This document shows positions 26,246-40,335 of a DNA stretch of 64,000 nt, one piece after another. Each line of letters begins with the position of its first letter. Within the stretch, counting starts at the first letter, position 1. The stretch is from Octopus sinensis. Its lineage: Eukaryota. The position numbers and the translations under genes are program-made. Where the stretch lies: NCBI RefSeq assembly GCF_006345805.1, contig NC_043025.1:6138001-6202000 (forward strand), read 5' to 3'. The notes under the pieces were generated by a model. It had not been told where the DNA came from and ran no database searches. It saw only the letters and a program-made list of their open reading frames with translations.

Positions 26246-26444
26246 ATGTGGTGTAATATATACCCTCTCTGAATGGGATGCCAGTTCATCACAGGAATAA
26301 TGAAGTGTTTTGTTCAAGAAACCGTTATTAGCATGAGGGATAGAGGCATCAGTTATGGCTCTCTATATTTTAAGTTCAAATCCAAGTGAGATCAACTTTA
26401 CCCTTCATCTTTGCAGGATCAATGTATACATCTCTATTGGAATT

Positions 26445-28335
26445 GTCTACATTAAACCATGAGGGTGGAGGATTGTCTACATTAAACCATGAGGGGGATG
26501 TCTACATTAAACCATGAGGGGAGATAGCCTACATTAAACCATGAGGGGAGATTGCCTACATTAAACCATGAGGGGAGATTGCCTACATTAAACCATGAGG
26601 GGAGATTGCCTACATTAAACCATGAGGGGAGATTGCCTACATTAAACCATGAGGGAGAATGCCTACATTAAACCATGAGGGGAATGTCTACATTAAACCA
26701 TGAGGGGAATGTCTACATTAAACCATGAGGGGAGATTGCCTACATTAAACCATGAGGGGAGATTGCCTACATTAAACCATGAGGGGAGATTGCCTACATT
26801 AAACCATGAGGGGGATGTCTACATTAAACCATGAGGGGAGATTGTCTACATTAAACCATGAGGGGGATGTCTACATTAAACCATGAGGGGAGATTGCCTA
26901 CATTAAACCATGAGGGGAATATCTACATTAAACCATGAGGGGAGATTGCCTACATTAAACCATGAGGGGAGATTGCCTACATTAAACCATGAGGGAGAAT
27001 GCCTACATTAAACCATGAGGGAGAATGCCTACATTAAACCATGAGGGGAATGTCTACATTAAACCATGAGGGGAATGGCTACATTAAACCATGAGGGGAG
27101 ATTGCCTACATTAAACCATGAGGGGAGATTGCCTACATTAAACCATGAGGGGAGATTGCCTACATTAAACCATGAGGGGGATGTCTACATTAAACCATGA
27201 GGGGAGATTGTCTACATTAAACCATGAGGGGGATGTCTACATTAAACCATGAGGGGAGATTGCCTACATTAAACCATGAGGGGAGATTGCCTACATTAAA
27301 CCATGAGGGGAGATTGCCTACATTAAACCATGAGGGGAGATTGCCTACATTAAACCATGAGGGGAGATTGCCTACATTAAACCATGAGGGAGATGTCTAC
27401 ATTAAACCATGAGGGGAGATTGCCTACATTAAACCATGAGGGGAGATTGCCTACATTAAACCATGAGGGAGATTGCCACGAAGGGGGATTTCTACATTAA
27501 ACCATGAGGGGAGATTGTCTACATTAAACCATGAGGGGAGATTGCCTACATTAAACCATGAGGGGAGATTGCCTACATTAAACCATGAGGGGAGATTGCC
27601 TACATTAAACCATGAGGGGAGATTGCCTACATTAAACCATGAGGGAGATGTCTACATTAAACCACGAGGGGAGATTGCCTACATTAAACCATGAGGGGAG
27701 ATTGCCTACATTAAACCATGAGGGAGATTGCCACGAAGGGGGACTTCTACATTAAACCATGAGGGGAGATTGTCTACATTAAACCATGAGGGGAGATTGC
27801 CTACATTAAACCATGAGGGGAGATTGCCTACATTAAACCATGAGGGAGATGTCTACATTAAACCATGAGGGGAGATTGCCTACATTAAACCATGAGGGAG
27901 ATTGCCACGAAGGGGGATTTCTACATTAAACCATGAGGGGAGATTGTCTACATTAAACCATGAGGGGAGATTGCCTACATTAAACCATGAGGGGAGATTG
28001 CCTACATTAAACCATGAGGGAGATTGCCACGAAGGGGGATTTCTACATTAAACCATGAGGGGAGATTGTCTACATTAAACCATGAGGGGAGATTGCCTAC
28101 ATTAAACCATGAGGGGAGATTGCCTACATTAAACCATGAGGGAGATGTCTACATTAAACCATGAGGGAGATGTCTACATTAAACCATGAGAGGAGATTGC
28201 CTACATTAAACCATGAGGGAGATTGCCACGAAGGGGGATTTCTACATTAAACCATGAGGGGGGATTGCCTACATTAAAAACCATAAGGGGGGATTGTCTA
28301 CATTAAACCATGAGGGGTGATTGTCTACATTAAAC
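26445..28335. repeat. 27-bp minisatellite, about 70 units (CCTACATTAAACCATGAGGGGAGATTG)
   Basis: Directly visible; explains the LPTLNHEGR repeat ORFs. Confidence 0.97.
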
Positions 28336-29005
28336 TATGAGAGAGGATTATCCGGAAATGGCAGATGGTGTGTGTACCAAGGTGCCTAGCAACCGCTCAA
28401 TTCAGAAAGAGAAACAAAAATTAGCTGCCATGTTTCTGGAATTTTCTAAAGAACAGAACCATCCTAGGATGTGTGGTAGAACAGAGAACTGAAATAAAGA
28501 AAGAAAAAAAAATAGGAAGATGAAAGTTGTTGTCTGAGGTGGTGGCCGCAGCTGGCAACTGTAATACTCTTTTACTTGTTACAGTCATTTGACTGTGGCC
28601 ATGCTGGAGCACCGCCTTTAATTGAGCAACTCGACCCCGGGACTTATTCTTTGTAAGCCCAGTACTTATTCTATCAGTCTCTTTTGTCGAACCGCTAAGT
28701 GACGAGGACGTAAACACACCAGCACCGGTTGTCAAGCAATGCTAGGGGGACAAACACACACGCATATATATTTCTTTTTCTTTTCTTTTACTTGTTTCAG
28801 TCATTTGACTGTGGCCATGCTGGAGCACCGCCTTTAATCAAGCAACTAGACCCCGGGACTTATTCTTTTTGTAAGCCCAGTACTTATTCTATCAGTCTCT
28901 TTTGCCGAACCGCTAAGTGATGGGGACGTAAACACACCAGCACCGTTGTCAAGCAATGCTATGGGGACAAACACAGATACACAAACATACACGTGCACAC
29001 ACACA

Positions 29006-29060
<55 letters not shown>

Positions 29061-29659
29061 TACAACAGGCTTCTTTCAGTTTCCGTCTACCAAATCCACT
29101 CACAAGGCTTTGGTCGGCCCGAGGCTATAGTAGAAGACACTTGCCCAAGGTGCCATGCAGTGGGACTGAACCCGGAACCATGTGGTTGGTAAACAAGCTA
29201 CTTACCACACAGCCGGTGGATTTGGCTGCTATTTCTAACAGACAGTCGACCATGTGGAGGCCACACTTATCGGGGGGAGGGGGGGTAATAACATATGTGA
29301 GGTATTGGTCACACATAACAAACATACCTGAGTGAATGATTCAATGAGCAAATAAATGAACTTATGATATCTCATTCCCTTTAACACATCTCAATGAAGT
29401 TGTGGACAACCAAAATAGTATGATCCGTCTGCCTATGTCTTCCTCTCTCTCTCCATCCGTCTCTCTTTTGAAAGGTTAGATTAAAATAATCACAAAAGCA
29501 CCAGCAGTAGCGACAAAGGCCTATTAAAAGACCACTTGAATACGACAAAACATCATGAGAGGAGAAGGGGTAAGGGGAAAAAATTCCTTAAAAATGTCAA
29601 ATAAAAAATGAACAAAAGGAGAGACGAAAGGAGCTTGTTTATGGGTAGCTAAGTGACGT

Positions 29660-30255
29660 CGACGGGTGAGCTGGCAGAAACGTTAGCACGCCGGGCGAAA
29701 TGCTTAGCGGTATTTCGTCTGCCCCTACGTTCTGAGTTCAAATTCCGCCGAGGTCGACTTTGCCTTTCATCCTTTCGGGGTCGATAAATTAAGTACCAGT
29801 TACGTACTGGGGTCGAAGTAATCGACTTAATGCCTATGTCTGTCCTTGTTTGTCCCCTCTGTGTTTAGCCCCTTGTGGGTAATAAAGAAATAGGTATTTC
29901 GTCTGCGTTACGTTGTGAGTTCAAATTCCGCCGAGGTCGACTTAGCCTTTCATCCTTTCGGGGTCGATAAATTAAGTACCAGTTACGTACTGGGGTCGAA
30001 GTAATCAACTTAATACCTATGTCTGTCCTTGTTTGTCCCCTCTGTGTTTAGCCCCTTGTGGGTAATAAAGAAATAGGTATTTCGTCTGCGTTACTTGTGA
30101 GTTCAAATCCGCCGAGGTCGACTTAGCCTTTCACCTCCTTTCGGGGTCGATAAATTAAGTACCAGTTACGTACTGGGGTCGAAGTAATCAACTTAATACC
30201 TATGTCTGTCCTTGTTTGTCCCCTCTATGTTTAGCCCCTTGTGGGTAATAAAGAA
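29660..30255 (+). mobile_element. Head-to-tail trimer of SINE family C
   Basis: Same GAAATA|GGTATTTCGTCTG junction twice. Confidence 0.85.
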
Positions 30256-30980
30256 GTGGGGTTTTTTTGTTTGTTGGGGTGTTTTTTTTATTAGGAGTAC
30301 TTTACTCAAGTTGAGGTATTTTACTCCCTATTACTTGACGTGGGTGTGTATGTAATCTGCGGTACTTAACACAATTTAGCGCCCACTTTTTCTTCCCCCC
30401 CCCCCAGTGCTCACTCACACAGGTCAGACAGAAATCGTCGAGACAAAGATTTTTATCGACTGGATGCCCTTTCTGCTGCCAACCCTTACCTGCTTGAAGG
30501 CAGGGTAATAATTCCCTACAGCTTAACACGCTTTTCACGGAAGATCGGAAACCAACAACATCACCTGTATGACGGTGATGCTCATTTACAACCATCACAT
30601 GATCTCTAGACAAGGGCACACACACACAACACACACACACACACACACAAACACATACATTTACACATACACACACACACAAAAGACGTGTTTTCCGTTT
30701 CAATCAACAAAATCCATTCGCAAGGCTTTGATCGGTCCAGAGGCTTTCGTAGAAGACACTTGCCCAAGGCACCTGGCAGTGGGATTGAACCCAAAACCAC
30801 GTTATTGAGAAACAAGCTTCTTAACCAAACAGCCACGCCTGTGTATATAATACACACACACACTCTTACTAACTTTAGTCACTGGACCGCAGCCTTGCTA
30901 GGGCCCCAGCTTCAAGGATCTAGTGAATCATACCAATCTGTATACATGTGAGAGAATATGTATATACACTACACACTCAC

Positions 30981-31036
<56 letters not shown>

Positions 31037-31191
31037 CTTTACATACAGAGAAATATGAATACATAAATAATTTATGTGCGTGTGTTCAAGTATGCATATA
31101 TACATATGCAAAGATATCATATATATGTTTATGTATACATACACGAATATATAATATACATACACTCACACATAGATGAACATTTTCAATT

Positions 31192-31233
<42 letters not shown>

Positions 31234-31536
31234 ACATAACCACACATATATACATACACACACCTGCCCACAGTAATATGTAGATGTATATAGATGCACA
31301 CGTTATATTTAATTACACACATACAAACATATATATATATACATACATAAACACATATACATACACACACACACTATATATATACATAAACACACATATA
31401 TACATACACACTCACACCTGCTCACAGTAACATGTATATATTATATATATATATTACATTTATATATATATATATACATAAACACACATATACATACACA
31501 CATATATATATACATAAACACACATATACATACACT

Positions 31537-31577
<41 letters not shown>

Positions 31578-31856
31578 ACACACACACATATATATACATA
31601 AACACACACACACCTGGTCACAGTAACATGTAGATGTATATATTACATATATATATATATACATAAACACACATACATACACAGACATACACACACATAT
31701 ATATATATATATACATAACCACACATATATATATACATAACCACACATATATATATACATAACCACACATATATACATACACACACACACTTGCCCAGAG
31801 TAACAATGTAGATGTATATAGATGCACACGTTACATTTAATTACACACACACAAGC

Positions 31857-31889
<33 letters not shown>

Positions 31890-32014
31890 GTAATCTGATA
31901 TTATATATACATATGTGTGTTGATAAGAAGATGGAAAAAAACCCAAATAAATACAATTTTTAAAAAAAATTAAATAAAATACAAAAAAAAGAAAGAGGGG
32001 GTGATGATACTCAC

Positions 32015-32190
32015 TCATCGGGACTTGTGTAGTGATCGCCGCCGATAAACCCGTATCGGTCGACGGAGCGTGTCGGGGGTCCTCCGTTCTGCTTCCCGTT
32101 GCTGAAGACGTCATCTATGTCTTCGTCGTATTCCTCCACGGGACTGTCTTCATCAAAGGAAGTCGAGTTTTCGGGCCTCGCGTTCGCCAT
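32015..32190 (-). CDS. TBC1D10: First coding exon of a TBC1D10/EPI64-family Rab GTPase-activating protein (MANARPEN...RSVDRYGFIGGDHYTSPD)
   Basis: ATG in AAAATGG context at 32190. The acidic N-terminus ends in DRYGFIGG, matching the D(K/R)(Y/F)GF(L/I)GG motif that precedes the TBC domain in TBC1D10A/B. Consensus donor GA|GTGAGT, phase 2. Paralog (A/B/C) cannot be assigned, and no downstream exon was recognised in the window. Confidence 0.8.
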
Positions 32191-32637
32191 TTTCGCTTTT
32201 ACTCCCTCACCACCTCCTCCTCCTTCTCCTTCTCCTCCTCTTCCTCCTCCTCCTACTCTCACTGTTGCTGCTGCTGCTGCTGTTGACACACCTCCTCCGA
32301 CTCCGTCCTATGATGTTGACGACGACGATATTGATGTTGACGATGTTTGGTGTTGACGATGCTGCTGCTGATGGCTTTAATTGCTCTTTTAATTGTTTGC
32401 GGTTGGGTTTTGGGAAGATGATATTTTTTTTCTCTCTGTGTGTATGTATGTATGTGTCTGAGGCAGGAAAGGGTGTATGCGAAACGGATTTCACAGAGTC
32501 TATATATTTATATGCATGTATAAAATTTGTGTATCTACACATGTATATGTATGTGGATGTAGATAGACTTTGAAAGAGAGAGAGAGACTGCAATTCTATA
32601 TAACAGGATAGGTTGAAAGTTATATATACGATATGAG

Positions 32638-32800
32638 CACTCGCCTATCTTTGACTTTTCAATGCATGACTATATATATATACATATATATAAAGCGAGA
32701 GATAGAGATGTATGTATATAAATCTACTCGCCTATATTTGACTTTTCAATGCATGACTATATATATATAAACCGAGATAGAGATGTATGTATATAAATAT
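32638..32800. repeat. Two-copy tandem duplication (about 80 bp) upstream of the TBC1D10 ATG
   Basis: ACTCGCCTAT.TTTGACTTTTCAATGCATGACTATA...GAGATAGAGATGTATGTATATAAAT occurs twice. Confidence 0.8.
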
Positions 32801-34819
32801 ATGTATGTATACTCCTGTTTCTTTGTATCAGATGTATCAACGAACTGAGAGAGGGGTCGAAAAGACCCCAAAAAGCAAGAAAAACTCGGAATACGTACAG
32901 GGCAGAGTAAATTCACTGATCAGAAGGGCGTCGAACAAATAAAGTCCTCTCTAACAATAGCTACTACTAGTACCAGTAATTGTATCAGGAAGTACTCCTG
33001 TTTCTACACCCAAATCCGAAAATGTTATACACACAAGCCATACGTATATATATACGTATATATATACATATATATATATATATACATGTAAACTATACCA
33101 AGCAATCAAATGTTATAAGACTTGCACACACACACACACGCAACCGTCATACGCGCACTTGCATGGCGCAATTATGTGCATCACATAACCCTCACAATTG
33201 TCGACTCTCTTGTTACAATCACACATAAACACACACGTGTGTGTATGGTGTGTGTGTGTTTAGGTCAGTGCACGCATGCAGTATGAAGGCGCACGAATTT
33301 GAGTTGCATTTCATGTGAACACGAAGCCACTGCCCTGCACCATTGTCGCCAGTTAGCAATTAAACATTAATTAATTAGTAGAGAGAGTACCGTTATAAAT
33401 AAGAAACGATTATACTTGCTATCATCATAATTATTATTAATGCCCATATGATTATCATTAAATATTATGTTGAATGTTTCTGCTTTTGACTGGGTCACAG
33501 ACTCGCGCCTTTGGGATCTAATACATGTGTATATATATATATATATTATATATGTGTGGTGTGTGTGTGTGTGTGTGTGTATGTATATATATATATATGT
33601 GTGTTGTGTGGTGTATATGTATATATATATATATATGTGTGTGTGTATGTATATATGTATATATATATATATGTGTTGTATGTATATATATATAAAGCTA
33701 GTTATATATGTAGACTTACGATCATACACAAAGTATACAAATAAATATATACATATACATACACAGAGAGACTAGAGAGGAAGTGTGTGTGTATATATAT
33801 ATATATGTGTTGTGTGTGTATCTCAACTGTTGCTTTCCAGTTTCTAGATGTTTATGATGTTTAAAATCTTAATTCTTCATTTTATATTAATTTATATATA
33901 TATACATACACATATACATATTCACTTACGCACACACTTTGCTCATACATATATATCCTTTAGGTTTAGACACACACATATACATACATATACACACACA
34001 CAGATGTGGGTATAAAAACAAGGAACTACTAAATAGCAAAAACTGTGTGACTATTTACTGTGGTGCCTACATTACTCTCTGTTGTTACTCAGACCCGCCT
34101 GAAGGTCCTCAAAAACTCTGAGTAAGGGCTAAGAGTACTCTAAACACTACAATATGGGTGTGTATATGTATGTACATGTGACTATATAATGTGTGTATGC
34201 GTTTGTGTGTGGGAAAGTGACATCTGATTCTGTCTATACATGTGTGTAAATATATATGTATGTGTGTATAAATATGTATGTATATGTGTGTGTGTATATA
34301 TATATGTATATGTGTGTATAAATATGTGTGTAAATATATATATGTATATGTGTAGAAATATGTATGTATATGTGTGTATAAATAGGTATGTATATGTGTG
34401 TAAATATATATATATGTATGTGTGTGTAAATATGTATGTATATGTGTGTATAAATATGTATGTATATGTGTGTAAATATGTATGTATATGTGTGTGTCTA
34501 TAAATATGTATGTATATGTGTGTATAACTATATATGTATATGTGTGTATAAATATATATATATGTATATGTGTGTATAAATATGTATGTATATGTGTGTG
34601 TAAATATATATATATATGTGTGTGTGTATAAATATGTATGTATATGTGTGTATGATGTATATAGAGATGGCTATTTAACGTGTAGATATATGTATTGTAG
34701 TAGGTTGAGTGTGTGTATGTATGGATGTGTGTGGGGGGTGTTTGTGTCACACAGCGCGATTTGAACTTGAAAACATTTCGATGAAATTCTGCTCACCTCG
34801 TCATCTTTACTTCAAATGA

Positions 34820-35525
34820 AGAATGAGGAAGAGAGAGAGAGAGAGTAAGAGGAGAACGCAAGTGATGAAGAAAGGGTGGAGGACAGAGAGAGGGAGAGAG
34901 TAAGAGGGGAACGCGAGTGATGAAGAAAGGGTGGAGGACAGAGAGAAAGAGCAGACAGAAAGAGAAAGAGAGAATGGTGTGTTTGCGGGGATGAGAGAAG
35001 AGAAAAGGTGTAAGTGATGCAGGAAAGGCGGAGGAGTGAGGAACTAGACAGACACAAAGAGAGAGAGATTCTGTGTGTGTGAGGGAGAGAGAAGAGTAAG
35101 GTTGCAAGGGAAGAAGCAGAGGAGGAGTGAGAGAGTAAACGGACAACGAGAGAGTGACAGAGAAAGGGAGAAAAAAGGGGAAAGTGGGAGTGACAAAGAA
35201 TAGACAGAAAGAAATAGAAACACCGAGAGAAGGGAGGAATAGAGAGACAGATAGAGAGTATGTGAGAGAGAAAGGAACAGAGGAGTGAGAAGGAAAAGAA
35301 AGAAGAGAGAGAGTGAGAGGGAGAAATTAAAAAGGGTAAGATGGATATGTAGTTAAAAAGAGAGAGAGAGAATCATAGAGAGCAGACAAAGCGAGAGTGA
35401 AAGGGAGGGAGGAAAACGGTATGAGAAGGAGAGGAAGAGAAAGCGGGAGAACTAGTGACAAGCAGCTAAAGATATTGAGAGAGAAGGAGAGAGATAGAGA
35501 TAGAAGGAGAAATAGAGAGAGAGGA
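34820..35525 (+). repeat. Purine-rich (GA) low-complexity tract with an internal duplication of about 65 bp
   Basis: Directly visible. Confidence 0.85.
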
Positions 35526-35539
35526 CGGAGGGAGTGTCT

Positions 35540-35860
35540 CATACATTAGGTGTAGCGAATGGAGACGGAATAAAGCGGGGGGAAAATCGGTGGCTGCCGT
35601 GAATCACTTTGAAACTGTGAAGTATCCGTGGATGGTCATAATTCGTTGATAATTTCCGTCTTGGCCATTAAATTGATAAATTTTTGATTAAGAAATAAAA
35701 TTATTATTTTTTTTTACAACACTAACGTAACCAGGGCAGACGACCGACTGGCGGAAGTTCCTGTTTGTTGTCGTCTGCGCATGGTCGCAGGATGCGATGA
35801 GATTATGTGGCGGAGGCAATCGGTGATTGGAAAACAATTGTCAAAAATAAATTTGCTGAA
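35540..35860. promoter_or_regulatory. CpG-rich candidate promoter between the divergent TBC1D10 and ATXN2 starts
   Basis: Local CpG enrichment in an AT-rich background, ETS-like GCGGAAGT at 35751-35758 and NRF1-like TGCGCATG at 35776-35783. No TSS evidence. Confidence 0.4.
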
Positions 35861-37391
35861 ATGTCAATTTTAAAAATAAAGTGAGTGATTGACACGCATT
35901 TTAAGGAGGATTAATAAATTCTGGATCAGGAAATTATCGCTGAATCAGGCATAAAAAATTATTGAATGTAATGAAGAAATTAAAATTATGGATGGTCGAA
36001 GGCAACGTAATTGAGTTAGTAAATTTTTTTGCTGTCAAGGGAAACGACAAGATTTATTTCCCTTGTACTATTCATGCTTCCGTTAATAGTTTTCATATTA
36101 TTATTGTTATTATTATTATATTCAGGATCAATATTATAAAATACCAATCAAGAACTAGGATTGATTCAGCGATTTCCAAAAATGACCGGCCTTATGCCAA
36201 TGTAAGAAATTATTATCATTATAATAATTATTATAAATGATTTGTATTTTTTCCTTTCATTCGGAATACTCACCGAATTTTATAGCGTATCTACGCTTCC
36301 ATACTTAATAGTCGAACAGTAAAGCTAAAATAAGCCAATCGGTAACTGTCGTTTCAATATATATTTATATATATAGTTTTTTTTTATTTGCACCGGAGAA
36401 CTTACATATTTACATATACATATTTATGCAGATTTAAAATTACACATCCACGCTGCAATATAGATCCGTAGTAAATAACACGTAAATCTACATACAGACG
36501 TTCCTTGTCGGAGAAGAAATGAATAAAAACGATAGGAAATATTGTTTTCTTTTCTGCGAACTACAAAACGGGAAGAATATTTAGCTTTTAATTGTCCACC
36601 GATTTTTCTGCCGTTCCCGAGACAGAAGAGAGAGAGAGAGAAAGAAAGAGAGAAGACAGTGACATCACGATGGAGAAGACGAAAAAGTAGTGCGTGACAT
36701 TATAAAGGCAGTGACGTGTGTAACCCTCCGCTTGTCGCATTCTCAGCCTAATATAGTGTGAGACTTCAACCCTCACACTTTTTTTCCCAAAAAGAAATCT
36801 TCTACGGTATATATATATATATATATTTACACAAATATATATATATATATAAATATATATCTATCTAGATAGATATATATTTAAAATAGGTGTTTGTTTT
36901 TTTTTGTCATACATATATATATACATATATATATATATATACAATTGCAATTACAGAAGCCGTTGATCTGCCTATTAGAAATTGCTGGGTGTCTTCTTTT
37001 TGTTAATTAATTTGAATAATTAAGAGAAGAGGACGGGAAAAGAAGAGAGAGAAATCATCTGTTGTTATAATTTTTTTTTTTTTCCTCAAACGAAAGAAGA
37101 AGAAAAAAAAGCCCCCTGAAAAACTACAGAATTTAATGATTACATCGGATGTTTGATGAAGCTGTACTATTTGTATTATATCGAAAGTAGCAGCCGGAAA
37201 ACGACTCCTTGTCTGATCCCTCCTCTCCCTGTGGAAGGACCAGATGCGTGAATCGCGCTGAAAAGAAGAGAGGGAGAGAGAGAGAGAGAGACAGAAAGAA
37301 AGAGAGACAGACAGACATATATAATATATATATAATATATATATTATATATATATATATATACATAAATATATATATTATATATGAGAGAA

Positions 37392-37450
37392 ATGGCCACA
37401 GCTATGAGTGCTGCAAGCAAGCGAAAAGCTCGAATCAACAACACTGGCAG
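37392..37450 (+). CDS. ATXN2: Probable first coding exon of ataxin-2 (MATAMSAASKRKARINNTG)
   Basis: ATG in GAAATGG context (further in-frame ATGs at 37383 and 37404). SKRKxR resembles the invertebrate Atx2 N-terminus (Drosophila MNNNSKRKTR). Donor AG|GTTTGT, phase 2. Lies upstream of two clearer ataxin-2 exons. Confidence 0.65.
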
Positions 37451-38147
37451 GTTTGTACAAAAAAATATATTTAATATATATATAGTTTTATATATGTGTG
37501 TGTATATAATGTATGTATATATATGGTTGATTATATACACATGTCTTACATTGATCTGTCTTGACACACATCTGTTTTTGTCATGTCCATCTCTATATAC
37601 ATCTGTCCCTTCTGAATCCTTGGTAAAAACCCATGTGTTTCTCTTTTGATCTGTATATATGTGTCTTATATGTATATATATATAATATATGTGTGTGTGT
37701 GTGTGTGCGTATATATGTCTTATAATGTATATATATGTGTGTATATATGTCTTATGTATATATATGTGTGTATATATGTCTTATAATGTATATATGTCTT
37801 ATAATGTATATATGTCTTATATGTATATATATGTCTTATATGTATATATGTGTGTGTATATATATATATGTCTTATATATATTTATATATGTGTGTATAT
37901 ATATACATGTATTGTGTATATGTATATATATGTATCTTTAGTGTGTGTGTATGTATATATATATATATAATATATAATATGTATGTAGATAGAGATATGT
38001 ACTTTTATTGATTCTATATCTACCTAGGTATCCATCTTCCATATAATACATATACACATGCATATACACGTCTGTAAATCAATTATATACACTTCCATTC
38101 GTATGTCAACCTAAATATCCATCTACATATGTGTGGTGTGTGTATAT

Positions 38148-38247
38148 NNNNNNNNNNNNNNNNNNNNNNNNNNNNNNNNNNNNNNNNNNNNNNNNNNNNN
38201 NNNNNNNNNNNNNNNNNNNNNNNNNNNNNNNNNNNNNNNNNNNNNNN
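38148..38247. other. Assembly gap (100 N, probably of unknown true size)
   Basis: Run of N in the sequence. Confidence 0.99.
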
Positions 38248-39137
38248 GCGTTGGTGTGTGTGTGTTGTTCCCCTAGCATTGCTGGTGTATTTATGTCCCC
38301 GTCCTTTAGCAGTTCGGGCAAAAGAGACCGATAGAATAAGTACTGGGCTTCAAAGAATAAGTCCCGGGTCGAGTTGCTCGATTAAAGGCGGGGTTGCTCC
38401 AGCATGGCCGCAGTCAAATGACTGAAACAAGTAAAGAGTAAGAGTAACTAAGATGTGCAGGCTTCTGGACATGTTCTATGATCTTTGTGAACAAAAGGTT
38501 GTCCAAATGGTGTCATTTGTTCCCAGTCCTTCATGTAACATATCCAAGCTCTCTTGAAGGCGCATGGCCTCAGTGGTTAGAGTGTCGAGCTTCCGATCGT
38601 GAGGTTGTGAGCTCGAATCCGGACCGGGCTGCGTGTTGTGTTCTTGAGCAAAAAACACTTTATTTCACGTTGCTCCAGTTCACTAGCTTTGTAGAGAAAT
38701 GAGTTGCGACGTCACGGGTGCCAAGCTGTATCGATCTTGGTCTTTCCCTTGGATAACACTGGTGGCGTGGAGAGGGAGGCCGGTATGCATGGGCGGACTG
38801 CTGGCCTTCCATAAGCACTTTGCCCGGATTGTGTCTAGGAGGGTAACTTTCTAGGTGCAATCCCATGGTCATTCATGACCGAAGGGGGTCTTTACCCTTA
38901 CCCTTTATTGTTTTATAGACTAGAAGCAGGTGGGGACTAGTGAAAGGGAGGGTAGGAATGGCAATGGTTGACTGAGGGGACAGTAGCAGGCTGGACAGTA
39001 TGGCAAATTTCCCAGGGTTGGAACATAATGCCCACGATGGCGAGGGATTTACTGTAACCTGAATTGTTCTTTCTCTTGCACTGCTACCTTTCAGAATTAA
39101 AAAGGCAGTGCCAGACAAATACTAGATCAATGTAATT

Positions 39138-40010
39138 GACCCCCTCTCTCTTTCTCTTCTCTCTCTCTCTCTCTCTTCTCTTCTCTCTCTCTCTCCTCTC
39201 TCTCTCTTCTCTCTCTCTCCTCTCTCTCTCTCCTCTCTCTCTTTCTCCTCCTCTCTCTCTCTCTTCTCCCTCTCTCTTCTCTCTCTCTTCTCTCTCTCTC
39301 TTCTCTCTCTCTCTTCTCTCTCTCCCCTCTCTCTCTCCCTCTCTTCTCTCTTCTCTCTCTCTTCTCTCTCTCTCTTCTCTCTCTCTCTTCTCTCTCTTCT
39401 TCTCTCTCCTCTCTTCTTCTCTCTTCTCTCTTCTCTTCTCTTCTCCTCTCTCTCCTCTCTCCTCTCTCTCTCTCTTCTCTCTCTTCTCTCTCTCTCTTCT
39501 CTCTCTCTCTTCTCTCTCTCTCTTCTCTCTTCTCTCTCTCTTCTCTCTTCCTCTCTCTTCTCTTTCTCTCTCTTCTCTTCTCTCTCCTCTCTTCTCTCTC
39601 TCTCTTCTCTCTTCTCTCTCTTCTCTCTCTTCCTCTCTCTCTCTCTTCTCTCTCTTCTCTCTCTCTATTCTCTCTCTCTTCTCTTCTCTCTCTTCTTCTT
39701 CTCTATTCTCTCTCTCTTCTCTCTCTCTTCTCTCTCCTCTCTCTCTCTCTCTTCTCTCTCTTTTCTTTCTCTCTCTCTTCTCCTCTCTTTTCTTCTCTCT
39801 CCTCTCTCTCTTCTCTCTCTCTTTCTCCATCTCTCTTTCTCTCTCTCTCTCTCTATCTTCTCTCTCTCTCTCTTATCTTTCTCTTCTCTTCTCTCCTCTC
39901 TCTTCTCTTGCTCTCTCTTATTCTCCCTCTTCTTCTTCTCCCTCTCTCTTCTCTCTCTCTCTTTCTCTCTCTCTCTTCTCTCTCTCTTCTCTCTCCTCGT
40001 CTCTCTCTCT

Positions 40011-40042
<32 letters not shown>

Positions 40043-40135
40043 TCTATCTCTCTTCCTCTCTCTCTCGTCTCTCTCTATTCTCTCTCTCTTCTCTCTCTCT
40101 TTTCTCTCTCTCTCTCTCCTTCTCTCTCTCTCTCT

Positions 40136-40184
<49 letters not shown>

Positions 40185-40304
40185 TCTCTCTTATCTTCTC
40201 TCTCTTTCTCTCTTCTCTCTTCTTCTCCTCTCTTCTCTTCTCTCTCTCTTCTCTCCTTCTCTCTTCTCTCTCTTCTCTCTTCTCTCTCTCTTCTCTCTCT
40301 CTCT

Positions 40305-40335
<31 letters not shown>

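Noticed and set aside
26445-28335. Possible CRISPR-like array (also 13010-16890, 42370-43640 and 50400-51990)
   Set aside because: Contiguous tandem units without unique spacers, no cas genes, eukaryotic context.
32207-32593. 128-aa minus ORF ending in poly-Arg
   Set aside because: TTG start, overlaps the TBC1D10 leader repeats in another frame, low complexity.
32845-32873. CTGAGAGA-GGGGTC-GAAAA-GACCCC-AAAA hairpin resembling a hammerhead
   Set aside because: The core has an insertion and lacks G12; single copy with no stems I or III.
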